Below are positions 20,721 through 30,364 of a DNA stretch of 64,000 bases, one piece after another. The DNA is from an uncultured delta proteobacterium (lineage in GTDB: Bacteria; Myxococcota_A; Polyangia; Fen-1088): contig CAVTRY010000011.1 in NCBI GenBank assembly GCA_963737265.1, forward strand, positions 992,001 through 1,056,000, read 5' to 3'. Position numbers and translations under genes: made by a program. Under the pieces are notes generated by a model. It did no database searches. It was not told the DNA's origin and saw only the letters and a list, made by a program, of their open reading frames with translations. Position 1 is the first letter of the stretch. Each line of letters begins with the position of its first letter.

Positions 20721-22551
20721 TGCAGGAGCTCGCCCTGTAGCTGCGCGAAGACGCGCCAGCCTGTATGCGTCACGTCATTTTCACCAGACCTCTGCTTTTA
20801 ACGCACCTTCCACGGTGGTGAACATACCCGTTGCCCGTCAGTTCTCGCAAAAGAACGACGCCCCCATGAGACCTTTCCATGAGACCTTTCGTCCTGTCTT
20901 CAATTTTCCTTCTGACCCTCACTTGCCTTTCCCAGGCCCAGGCTGCGGATAACGTCAGGGCGAGCGGAGGTGGTGCATTCCGAATCGGTGCAGCAGGAGG
21001 GAACGGTTCGGTTACCTGGACTGAGAAGTGAGGGCGACGCTGGTCTGTGTTCGCCACCGACGAGGACATTGCCGTATTGCACAGGTAGCGAGTCTAGGCA
21101 CGAGTGCTAGTGGGATCGTTAGTCTCCAAGCTCATTGACCGTTTACGGTCGGTGGTCGGCACGCCAGAACGCCGAGGCGCGATGCTCGCGGTCGTGTTCA
21201 GCGTTTTCGCGGGACTGATTCTCGGCTGGTTGGGGACGTCGCCTTGGCTGTCGATGGGCATCAACTGGGATGCCGCTGGCTATTCGACCGACATCGGTCG
21301 CGGGGCGGCGTGGGCTGGATACCCTTGGAACTCACACTTTGGCGCGGGGCAGGTCTACTGGATCGCCATGCACGTTGCCCGTGGCCTGGGGGCCACCATG
21401 CTCGATGGTGTGCGAGCGTTGAATGCCGTGGCGTTGGCCGGCTCGGCGGCAATGCTCACTCTCTGTGGTCTGCGGTGGAAGCTCAGTCCCGTTCTTGCGG
21501 CCCTCATTGCTGGAATCTACCTGTGCAGCTGGGGAACGTTGCTCTTGGTGTTCACTTGGGAGGACAACGTTCTGGTCCATCCTGGCGCGCTGGCGGCGTT
21601 GACGGTGTGTATTTTCCGCGTCGGAGATTGGCGCGCTCGCGACAGCATACTGGCGGGCGTTTGCGCCGGAATGGCCAGTCTGATGTCGTGGCAGGGCGCA
21701 TCCTTTGCCCTCCCCGCAATGTACGCTGCGGCCGTCCTTGCTGGACCTGACCGCAGCTGGTTTAGCCGACTGCGCGACAGTGCCCTCGTTCCCCTAGGGT
21801 TGGTTGCGATGCGCGTGGTTTGGGTTTTGAGCTATTGGATCACAGACACCCAGCTTTCATTGCCGAGACTGCTCCGAACCGCCTTTGAACGCCCGTCGCC
21901 AAACTACCTTCCGGAGCACCTGCCAGGCTGGTGGGCGCTATTGGGAAGATGGCGCGAGATACTGGACCACGTGGGCGTTGGAGTTACCCACGAAGGTGGT
22001 CCTAGCTTGCGTGACGCGGCGGCGGTTGTGCCTTACTTGCGCCACCTTGGAGTCTTGCTTTTGGCAATCGCCTTCCTCTCTTGGATTTCAACCAACCTCC
22101 TTTTTCGCGCCAAATTCAGCCGAAGAACACAATTTGTAACCAGTGCCTTTCTTGCCCTGACCATTACGAGTGCGATCTACCTGGATCTCCCCGTCGATAA
22201 GTACAAAAGATATGACTACATGCCCATGTGTCTCAGCTTGGGCGTCGCGGCAGTAGCGGCACACATTGCTACTCGCAAGACTTTCTTGCACAGAACGAAT
22301 CGGATCTTGGGTTTTGTGCTCTTGCTGTTCCTCGGCGGACAGACTCTGATAGCGTACCACTGGAACCGAGAGTGGTACGCCAAGCTGCCGACATCGACCC
22401 CGACGAACTATCTAGGACACGGGAAACAGACCTGGTTTGCGTACGTGCGATCCTTGCGCCAGACACACCCAGCTGCCTGCTCCTTTGTATTGGCGTTCGA
22501 CGAGGTTAAGAACGGGCGCTACCAGTTGGAGATCCCGGCTGCTCTATTTTC

Positions 22552-24042
22552 GGTTCATCGCGCGTTCGGGTGATTGCGAAGGCAACGGCGTAGCCGCCGC
22601 TCCGGGGGCCGGCAAGGCGCTTCGCGCCTCCTCCGCTTCGCTCCGGCCCTACGGGTGACGGCCTCCTCGCTGGCGGCTCAGGTGCTGCTATGCGACGACG
22701 AGGATCTCGTCGCCGCGCGCGACGGTGCGCGAAATGAAAAGTGGACGTCCGTCGGTGATCCTTCGGGTTTATGCAAATCACGAGGAACTCCCAACGAACG
22801 TCCGTCCCTGGTATTTTGGCATTGCAGCTGGCCATTGCAAACGGCTGGCGTGTCAGTTTCGACAGCTACAGCGGTACCGATGGCTCCTGGCATGTACACC
22901 TGTATCCGACCAGGCAGTCGGCTGTGTGCTCCGGCTGTGGAGAGACCAAGCGCTGCGCGCTGGATATCAAGAATTGCGCCCGGGCCTGGCGTCATCTCGA
23001 CGGTTGGGGCATCCGCACGGTCGTCATCGCGCCTCTGCGGCGCGTGCGCTGTCGCCGCTGTGGGATCCGGGTCGAACAGGTCCCGTGGGCGCGCACCGGC
23101 TCGCGCATGACTCACATGTTCGAGGCGGAGGTCCTGCGGCGTGCCCGCACGACTTCCATTGCCGGCGTGTGCCGCCAACTCGGGCTGCACTGGACTACCG
23201 TCATGCGCCTCATCACCCACTGGGTCGAGGATGCGGTCGAGCGCCGCTTCCATCGCAAGCTTCGCATCATCGGCGTCGACGAGGTCAGCTACGGCCGAGG
23301 CCAGAACAAGTATCTGACCATCGTCTGGGACCACGAGGCCGGACACGTGGTTTGGATCGGCGAGGGCAAGCAGGAGGAAACACTCAAGCAGTTTTTCGTG
23401 AAGCTGGGACCGCGCCGGTCGCATCGGCTGGTGGCAGTCACGCTGGACATGGCCCAAGGCTACATCAACGCCATCTGCGAACATGCCCCACAGGCTGACC
23501 TCGTCTTCGACCGATTCCACATCGAGCACCACCTCACCGACGCCGTCGACCAGGTCCGCAAGGCGGAATTTTGGCGCAAGGGTGGCCTGTATCGCGAGGC
23601 CATCCGAGGCAAGAAGTTCCTCCTGCTCAAGAAGCGTCGTCGTCTTCACTGGCGTCGCCGTCGCGAGCTTGACGAGCTATTCCGCCTCAACCGACGTCTC
23701 CAGGTAGCGTACCTGCTCAAGGAGCAGTTCGACGTCGTATGGGGCTATCACACTGAGGTCGGTATGGCTGCAGCACTCGACCACTGGCGTCGCCTATTAC
23801 GCTGGCAACGACTTGGCTCGTTGAAGCGATTCTGGAACATGATTAAGCGCCATTGGTCGGGCGTTATTGCCTGGGCCAAGCACGGTCTTTCCAACGCAGC
23901 CCTCGAAGGCAACAATTCACGTGTTCGCGGCATCAGCCAGCGTGGCCACGGCTACCGCAACCCCGACAACCTCATGCAGATCCTGTATTTCTCATGCTGC
24001 CACTGACCCTCGACGGAAGCTCACCCGAAAGCGTGATGGGCG
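22552..24042 (+). mobile_element. ISL3 family insertion sequence (copy 2, intact)
   Basis: Ends GGTTCATCGCGCGTTCGGGTGA / TCACCCGAAAGCGTGATGGGCG; 8-bp TSD CTATTTTC at 22544-22551 and 24043-24050. Confidence 0.93.
22771..24006 (+). CDS. ISL3 family transposase
   Basis: Zinc finger CSGC...CRRC, IGVDEVSY...YLTIVWD, VTLDM, FDRFH, SNAALEGNN. Confidence 0.93.
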   Translation: MQITRNSQRTSVPGILALQLAIANGWRVSFDSYSGTDGSWHVHLYPTRQSAVCSGCGETKRCALDIKNCARAWRHLDGWGIRTVVIAPLRRVRCRRCGIRVEQVPWARTGSRMTHMFEAEVLRRARTTSIAGVCRQLGLHWTTVMRLITHWVEDAVERRFHRKLRIIGVDEVSYGRGQNKYLTIVWDHEAGHVVWIGEGKQEETLKQFFVKLGPRRSHRLVAVTLDMAQGYINAICEHAPQADLVFDRFHIEHHLTDAVDQVRKAEFWRKGGLYREAIRGKKFLLLKKRRRLHWRRRRELDELFRLNRRLQVAYLLKEQFDVVWGYHTEVGMAAALDHWRRLLRWQRLGSLKRFWNMIKRHWSGVIAWAKHGLSNAALEGNNSRVRGISQRGHGYRNPDNLMQILYFSCCH

Positions 24043-24396
24043 CTATTTTCTGAGGTGCCGCGTCCTGTGATTGTCGGAGCGCCGCCGTCGGCAGCACAGT
24101 GGCCACGCCCACTGCCGCTCGGCAATGGGATAGCCACGCAGTCATCCTTACGGGCCTGCACTTGGGTTTCGCCTGCCGCGCAAGAGTTCCTGGCGCGAAG
24201 GGGCCCGGGATGACTCTGTGCCAGACCGGCTTCGAAACGCGCATCGCGCACCCCTGCCCACCTGAGCGCCATTCGTCGATTCGTTTGCGCGGGATATTCC
24301 GGGGCTTGACCCGGAAGGTTCGACCATCGCTGGCGTGGAGGACGAGTCCTTCGGCACCGGTAGGGTCGACAACGGAGCCTACTTAGGCATCGCCCG

Positions 24397-26292
24397 CTAC
24401 ACGCCGGTGCGGCTGTTGCCCACGTGGCCGGTGGAGACGCACTTGAAGACGTAGCGGCTCTGGCCGATCTCGATGGTGTCGCCGTCGCCCAGGGGTTGAC
24501 GGCTGTTCACGGCGGCGGTCTCGACCTTGACCGTGCCTTGCAGGGGCTCGATGTAAAAGGCGCCGCGACGTTCGCTGATGGCGGCGTGTTGGTCGGCGAT
24601 CTGGGTGTCGGCTTCGAGGCGAATCTCGCATGCGGCGCCGCATCCGAGCACGGCACGACCGGCCGGCAGGCGGAGTGTTTCTCCCCGCTTGCCCTGCCCT
24701 GCCGCGCGCACCAGCCAGCCGAGCGCAAGGGAATGCGTGCTGCGGCTCTCGCTGCGGAGCGCGGCCTGAATCTCCAGGGCAACCCCGCGGGCACGCGGCG
24801 AGGCGAGAACGGGATGGCGAGCGCCCGAGGCGCGCAGGGCGCGGGCAAGCTCGTCGAGGCCAAGGCGCGCGAAGGCACTCCACTGGTCCTCGGGCACGCG
24901 CGCGGCGATGCTGCTCGCGACTTGATCGGCCGGCGTTTGGCTGGAAATGGATTGCGACAAGACCTCGGCCAGATCGCCGCCCAGCAGCGTGTCGTCGTTG
25001 GACTTGTGCGAAAGCAGGGCCTGCAGCTCCTCGAAGCGGCGCCGCCCCGCCTTGGTCTTGAAGACAGGGTAGCGCTCGTCGGAAAAGACCGAGGCGTCGA
25101 GCTCGGCCAGACTTGGCACGTCCCGGGGAAAGCTGCGCGTGAGCTCGACCAGCGCCCGCTGCGCCGAAAGACCGCGCTGGATGAGGGCGTGCGCGGCGGT
25201 CACGACCGGCTGTCCGTCTTCGTCGTCGACGCGATCGTCGCGGCGGGAGCGCAGGCGCAAAATGAGCACCACGACGATGACAACCAGCAGCACGGCAACC
25301 AAGATCCCGGCGCCGATCACCAGCCACGGCAGGCCCGCCGCCACGGTGACTTTGCCGACCTCGATGGCCCGCCGCTTTCCGTCCGTCGTCAGGTAGAGCC
25401 GCACCTTGTGCGTGCCGCCGAAGTTGCGCCAGGCCCACGGCAGCTCCAGGTGCACCCGGCGCATGTCGGCGATGGACTGTCCCAGCGATTCCAGCGTGGA
25501 CTGGACTTCGATCGGCTGGTCGGCGGCACGGCGGAAGGCTCCCGAGCCAGCCAGGTTGGTGAGATTCCTCGCGCTCTGTTCGGCGTCGGCTTCCGGGGGC
25601 GGAACCGACACCAGCAGCAGCTTGACGCCCGTCTTGTCGATCTCGTCGGCCAGCGCCCCGAAGTCGGCCGAGCCCTCGCCCGATGGATCGGTGAAGTCGC
25701 GTCCATCCGTGACCGCGAGCAGCACCTTGAATGGGCTCTCGTCGCTGAGCAGGGTGCGAAGGTCGACGCGCAGGGCGTCCGCGAAATTCGGCCGATCGCC
25801 CGGGATGTAGCCGAGGTCGTGAAGTTGCCCGCCGATCTCGGAGGCCTTCAACTTGGGAATAGGCTGACGTTTGCGCCCGTAGAGCGTGGCGTAGACATTG
25901 GTGCGGGCGGGAATGCGCCGAAAGAAGCCACCGACGCCTTCCAGGATGGCGTCGGATGTTCCCGCGGGAACGTCCTTGACCCAGAGGTAGACCAGGCCCA
26001 CCGAAAGCGGCGACTTCCAGGTCTGGCTCGCCTCGGCGGCGGTTTGCGCGAACTCGGAGAAGACCTCGACCGACTTGGGCGGCGGCGCGTGCTCGCCGTC
26101 GATCTCGACCTCGATGGCGGACGGCTTCAGCGTGGTCCCGTCCTCGGCGATGCCGCCGACGAGAAGAATCATCTCGCCCGAATCGCGGTCGACCACCGGC
26201 GGCGATGCGATGAACAGCGGCGCGGCCTGGGCGGCGCGGCCGAACGCCAAGGACAGCACAAGCAGCGCGGATGCGACGTGGTTGGACTTCAC
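24397..26292 (-). CDS. Membrane protein: signal peptide, vWA-like extracytoplasmic domain, TM helix, C-terminal FHA domain
   Basis: GTG start overlaps the upstream stop; signal ...AAQA; LAVTDGRD; TM; C-terminal FHA (LGDGDTIEIG). Confidence 0.7.
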   Translation of the reverse strand: MKSNHVASALLVLSLAFGRAAQAAPLFIASPPVVDRDSGEMILLVGGIAEDGTTLKPSAIEVEIDGEHAPPPKSVEVFSEFAQTAAEASQTWKSPLSVGLVYLWVKDVPAGTSDAILEGVGGFFRRIPARTNVYATLYGRKRQPIPKLKASEIGGQLHDLGYIPGDRPNFADALRVDLRTLLSDESPFKVLLAVTDGRDFTDPSGEGSADFGALADEIDKTGVKLLLVSVPPPEADAEQSARNLTNLAGSGAFRRAADQPIEVQSTLESLGQSIADMRRVHLELPWAWRNFGGTHKVRLYLTTDGKRRAIEVGKVTVAAGLPWLVIGAGILVAVLLVVIVVVLILRLRSRRDDRVDDEDGQPVVTAAHALIQRGLSAQRALVELTRSFPRDVPSLAELDASVFSDERYPVFKTKAGRRRFEELQALLSHKSNDDTLLGGDLAEVLSQSISSQTPADQVASSIAARVPEDQWSAFARLGLDELARALRASGARHPVLASPRARGVALEIQAALRSESRSTHSLALGWLVRAAGQGKRGETLRLPAGRAVLGCGAACEIRLEADTQIADQHAAISERRGAFYIEPLQGTVKVETAAVNSRQPLGDGDTIEIGQSRYVFKCVSTGHVGNSRTGV

Positions 26293-27059
26293 GTGCCGCC
26301 CGTCCCGCTGGGAGACAGCCACAGCGATTTGAAAACCAGCTCGGTTCGGCCCACCCGCACGATGTCGCCTTCGCTCAGCTCGACCACTTCGCCCGGGGTC
26401 AGCTTGTGCGAATTGACGAAGGTCCCGTTGGCGGAGGGTCCGGGCACCTCGCGGTCGCGAATGGTGAAGGCTTCGTCCTGACGATCGCGGCGCGGGCGAT
26501 GGACGACGGCGTGGCCTATCGACACGTACATGTCGTTGAAATCGACCCACGTCTCCATGGATGTCGTTTCCTGCGCGCCCCGCGACAGAATCGTCGCCGG
26601 CGTGGTCAGTTCCACCAGCGCGCCGGTGCGCTGGCCGTCCAGCGACGAGAGCACCACGAACCAGCCCAGGCTGATCCCTGGCGTGGGCACCAGGCCCGTC
26701 GAGTCGACCGCAGACATGAATACGGTCTTGGGCGACGCCATGCGTGGCCGGCAATTGCCGCAGGTCGAGCCCCAGGCCGACAGCATGGGCTGGCCGCAGT
26801 TGGGACAGGGCTGTTCTTCCGTTCGCGCCGACGCCGAGATCGGCCCGGACAGATCGGTCGACGAACCTTCCTTGACATCGTTCGCCCAAGATCCGGGCGG
26901 GGTCATTTTCCGCCGCGGCACGGGGCTGCGCCGGCGCTTGTTCGGCGCGGAAGAGATCCCCCTTGATGGAGATCCCGCGCCGCCAAAAATTTGTTTAAGT
27001 TTGTCGAACACGGAAGGCTCGCCGCTGGGGATGATAGGTTTGCTGCGGACGATGGTCAA
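26289..27059 (-). CDS. Zinc-ribbon + FHA domain protein
   Basis: CPNC...CGNC, VSxGHA, SANGTFVN, LSEGDIVRVG. Confidence 0.8.
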   Translation of the reverse strand: MTIVRSKPIIPSGEPSVFDKLKQIFGGAGSPSRGISSAPNKRRRSPVPRRKMTPPGSWANDVKEGSSTDLSGPISASARTEEQPCPNCGQPMLSAWGSTCGNCRPRMASPKTVFMSAVDSTGLVPTPGISLGWFVVLSSLDGQRTGALVELTTPATILSRGAQETTSMETWVDFNDMYVSIGHAVVHRPRRDRQDEAFTIRDREVPGPSANGTFVNSHKLTPGEVVELSEGDIVRVGRTELVFKSLWLSPSGTGGT

Positions 27060-27117
27060 CGACGGTCAAACGCCTAGCGCAAAGATTTCAAGAACCTGAA
27101 GTATCATCTGGCGGCGC

Positions 27118-29106
27118 ATGGGCAGCTTCATTCCCCACATCCTGGTTGTACTTCTCGCCGCCGCGCAGCCCGGCGAAAGCGCGCAAGCCGGCCGCGGCAC
27201 AGCGATCATCGTCGCTGGCCAGCCCTTCGACGTGGGGCGGACCGTGGTGCTTTGGAGCGACGAGCAAGGCTTCAATGCCTACCAAAAGCGCTGCATCGAC
27301 CAGACCGGCGGGTGCTGCGACGTGGACTACGAGCGCTTCGGCACGCGCAAGGGCTTGACCACCCGAAGCGTCGAAAACTTGCAAGCCATCGTCTCGCAGT
27401 TCGTGCTGCACTTCGACGGCTGCGTCAATTCACGCTCGTGTTTCAAGTCGATGCACAACCGCACCCGGCCGGGCGGCGGCTGCGGCCTGTCCGCGCACTT
27501 CATGATCGACGCCGACGGCACGATCTACCAAACCCTGGACCTGGCCGAACGCGCCTACCACGCCGAGCAGGAAAACTCGATTTCGGTCGGCGTCGAGATC
27601 TGCAACCGCGGCCGCTACAACCCGGCCGAGATGAACAAGCTTCCCGCCGAGTACCGCACGCGCCCCCGGCGCGACGTGGTGATCAACGGCTTCAAGTACA
27701 ACGCCTACGATTTTCGCCCCGAGCAGTACGAATCCATCATCGCCCTGACCCGCACGCTTCTGCGCATTTTTCCCAAAATCAAGCCGGAGATTCCCGAGCG
27801 CAACGGCGAAGTCATCCTGGACACGCTGGCAGATCCGCTGTCGTTTCACGGCATCGTGGGGCACCTGCACGTCGATCTCGACAAGCAAAAGTGGGATCCC
27901 GGCGCGCTCGACTGGAAACGCCTGATGCGCGCCCTGCAAGGCTTCGTCTTCCCCATCCAGATCCGCGCGTTTACCGAAGTTCCGCGCACGCGTGACGAGC
28001 TGCTGAGTGCGCGCAAGGCGGCCTTTTTCAGCGCCGAGGAGCGCGCGACGGGCTTCTTCCCGCTGGCCGCGGGCCGGCTTTGGCACTCGGGCGTTCACCT
28101 GCGCGGGCGCGCGGGCGCACCCGTGGTCGCGCCCACGCGCGGGCGACTGGTGGCTGCGCGGCGAGGCGAACGCAACGGCTCGTCGACCTCGTTCGTTCTT
28201 CTCCGCCACGAGGTCGAAGTGGAAGGTCAGGTCATCGTCTTCTTTTCGCTCTTGGCGCATCTGTCCTTACCTGACGTCGGCGCGGACAATCCCGTGCCGT
28301 GGATGCAGGCACTCATGCAGCCGGAGAAAGCAGCAGCGCGAGCTGCCCTCGCATCGGGCGCCGTGACCCTGCTCGACGAGCGCGTCGAAACCGGCGACTT
28401 GGTCGGCTACCTCGGCCGCGTGAATCGCGGTCCCGAACAAGGTCCCGAGCTCCACTTCGAAATCTTCACCGCCGACAAGCTGCCCGGCGAGGTGGAAAAG
28501 GGTTTCCGCTACCTTAACGCCACCGCCGACGGACCCATCGCCAGGCGCGCGCCGCTCGTGAATATGCTGGACAAGAATGGCGACGGCCAGGTCGATGCCA
28601 GCGAGCTGCGCGCCCTCTTTCACGGCGGCGACCTCGGCAAGCGCCAGGCCCTGCGCCGGGCCGTCATCCGCCACCGCCACGAGTGGGGCGACAAGACGAC
28701 CCTGGCAGAATTCGTGGGTCTGCGCGAGCTGTCCGGCATCCCCGAGGTCGACCGCCGCCGCCTCTATGGTATCGCCATCGCGCCCTATCTGTTCTGGAAC
28801 GACGCCCTTTCCGACCACGCAGGATTGCCAAAAAACCAGATCGTCTACTCGTACAACCCCATTACCTTTCTTCTCACCCTCGCGGCCCGCGCCACCCACA
28901 TCGACATCCCGTGGCCGCGCGACACCCTCCCCGACGCAACCATGGAGCCGCGGCGCCTTTCCCTCGTGCCGCTTCTCGACTGGACCAAGCCCGCCACGTC
29001 CTTCGCCGACGAGCTCAAGCTCCCGCCGCTCATCGGAACCGACCTCAAACCCAAGCGGCGCGACCAGATTCCGCTCATCGAGCTGCCGCCAACGGATCAA
29101 AGATAG
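27118..29106 (+). CDS. Secreted N-acetylmuramoyl-L-alanine amidase (Amidase_2) fused to M23-like peptidase and EF-hand
   Basis: VLHFD, SAHFMIDADGTIYQ, AYHA, SVGVEI, GH...KWDPG; WHSGVHL, LAHL, LHFEIF; DKNGDGQVDASEL. Confidence 0.8.
   Translation: MGSFIPHILVVLLAAAQPGESAQAGRGTAIIVAGQPFDVGRTVVLWSDEQGFNAYQKRCIDQTGGCCDVDYERFGTRKGLTTRSVENLQAIVSQFVLHFDGCVNSRSCFKSMHNRTRPGGGCGLSAHFMIDADGTIYQTLDLAERAYHAEQENSISVGVEICNRGRYNPAEMNKLPAEYRTRPRRDVVINGFKYNAYDFRPEQYESIIALTRTLLRIFPKIKPEIPERNGEVILDTLADPLSFHGIVGHLHVDLDKQKWDPGALDWKRLMRALQGFVFPIQIRAFTEVPRTRDELLSARKAAFFSAEERATGFFPLAAGRLWHSGVHLRGRAGAPVVAPTRGRLVAARRGERNGSSTSFVLLRHEVEVEGQVIVFFSLLAHLSLPDVGADNPVPWMQALMQPEKAAARAALASGAVTLLDERVETGDLVGYLGRVNRGPEQGPELHFEIFTADKLPGEVEKGFRYLNATADGPIARRAPLVNMLDKNGDGQVDASELRALFHGGDLGKRQALRRAVIRHRHEWGDKTTLAEFVGLRELSGIPEVDRRRLYGIAIAPYLFWNDALSDHAGLPKNQIVYSYNPITFLLTLAARATHIDIPWPRDTLPDATMEPRRLSLVPLLDWTKPATSFADELKLPPLIGTDLKPKRRDQIPLIELPPTDQR
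28843..29106 (+). repeat. 3' end of amidase gene, duplicated downstream at 33468-33587 and 34426-34549
   Basis: Direct sequence match with a few substitutions; the second copy ends TNQR* next to the tagF stop. Confidence 0.9.
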
Positions 29107-29110
29107 GAAC

Positions 29111-29372
29111 AAGGCCCGAAAGTACTTCAAAGCGCTCCAGCACGAGTTCAGGAACCCCCTGGTACACGTCGACATCGACAAGCAAGCTGGCGTTCCGTTG
29201 ACCGTCGTGAATCGCGCGATCGAACTCGACAGCCAGGCCAACGATGAGGCCAAACGGAACCGAGACGGTGACCTGAAATACGACGACGTCTGGTGCGTGG
29301 TCGACGTTGATGAGCATCCGCACTTGGCCGAGGCCTTGGAACTTGCTCGGAAGTCGGGTGTGACGGTGGCCT
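29111..29372 (+). pseudogene. RloB-family protein internal fragment
   Basis: KYFKAL...YDDVWCVVDVDEHPHLAEALELARKSGVTVA; no start or normal end. Confidence 0.6.
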
Positions 29373-29776
29373 TGTACCCCTCGTCGCCGTAGGGCTCGAT
29401 GCGGTCCACCTTCGCGTAGTACGTGATCGCGGAGATCGGGTTCGACTGGTAGGCGGCGATGTACTTGATCTTGGTCAGCATGCCGCCGCCGATGCGGATG
29501 GCGTACCAACATTGCTCGCCGACAAAGACCTCGTCGAAGCCAGGTTGCTGGGCCGGCACGACAACGGTGTCCCGGGTGTCTTCGTGGCGTTCGATGGTGC
29601 CCGGTGTTGTCGATTGTCCCGGGCTGGCCACGGCCACTGGCTTCGGAAGCGCTATGTTGGGTCCGCCCAGGGCTTACAAACGCAATGCCAATGCCCTTCC
29701 AGTTCATCAAAGTGACGATCTTGGCGCCCTCGGGATCGCCGTTGGGAACGAAGCTGCGGATGGTGTTTCCGCACAA
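29373..29776 (-). pseudogene. Fragments of GIY-YIG/restriction-associated proteins
   Basis: TIRSFVPNGDPEG...MNWKG (N-terminus resembling DUF4357/GIY-YIG proteins) and DTVVVPA...CWYAIRI...IKYIAAYQ...AITYYAKV. Confidence 0.45.
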
Positions 29777-29788
29777 ACTATTGAGCCT

Positions 29789-30364
29789 CTATTTCGTCGC
29801 CAAGAGTCTGACCAGATCGCGCTTCAGCTTGGCGAAGGAAGGAACCATCTCGGCTGCATCGAGGTCGAAGACGCTCGCGAGTGCGGGCTGGTCGAGCGTC
29901 TCGCTGTAGCCGCGCGGCATCCTTGAATCAAGCCACCCCTTGGCGTCGCGCACGCTCTCAGGAGATTCCGGCGCAACTAGATCAGAAGGCAAACCACGCT
30001 GGCCCCGAAGCGATTCCGCAGCGCCCAGGAACCACGCCTCGAATTCCCGCTTGGCAACCACGACACTGAGCGGCCGATCGCGCCGCGCCTGCTCGACCTC
30101 TTCAAAAACCCGCGGGCCAAGCTGCGCCGGACAATCGTCGTCGGCATCGAGCAAGATCAACAATGCCCCACCGGGCGCCGTCTTGCGCGCCATCATCTCG
30201 ACCGCGCGTGCCAGCTCGTCCTGCTTCAGCATCTTGCCCCTGGGTAGACGAAACGGACGTGGAATTTCGACGTCTGTGATGCACTGCCGTGCGAGCAGCC
30301 GCCTGACCAAGATGGGGAATGCTTCCACTTCTCCATGGCCTTCGACGATGATGCCGATCCTCAT
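29789..30364 (-). CDS. DUF4276 family (TOPRIM-like) protein
   Basis: IIVEGHGEVEA, LLDADDDCPA, REFEAWFL, YSETLDQP; ATGA overlap with the ATPase. Confidence 0.8.
   Translation of the reverse strand: MRIGIIVEGHGEVEAFPILVRRLLARQCITDVEIPRPFRLPRGKMLKQDELARAVEMMARKTAPGGALLILLDADDDCPAQLGPRVFEEVEQARRDRPLSVVVAKREFEAWFLGAAESLRGQRGLPSDLVAPESPESVRDAKGWLDSRMPRGYSETLDQPALASVFDLDAAEMVPSFAKLKRDLVRLLATK

Larger units (their letters stand above)
21104..24213 (+). pseudogene. Polytopic membrane protein (GT-C-like) interrupted near its 3' end by ISL3
   Basis: Many TM segments with a WDAAGY first loop. Removing the IS restores ...PAALFSEVPRPV...RRGPG*, with the stop at 24213. Confidence 0.7.

Noticed and set aside
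20770-21082. Short ORFs between the beta-helix lipoprotein and the membrane gene
   Set aside because: No motifs or convincing RBS; probably intergenic.
15337-24042. Composite transposon formed by the two ISL3 copies
   Set aside because: Each copy has its own distinct TSD and interrupts a different gene.
24424-26481. 685-aa plus-strand ORF and similar long overlapping ORFs across the window
   Set aside because: Antisense shadows of well-supported genes; no motifs of their own.
28267-29637. 456-aa minus-strand ORF as a real gene
   Set aside because: Only the first ~90 aa look like a real domain fragment; the rest is antisense to the RloB piece and the amidase.
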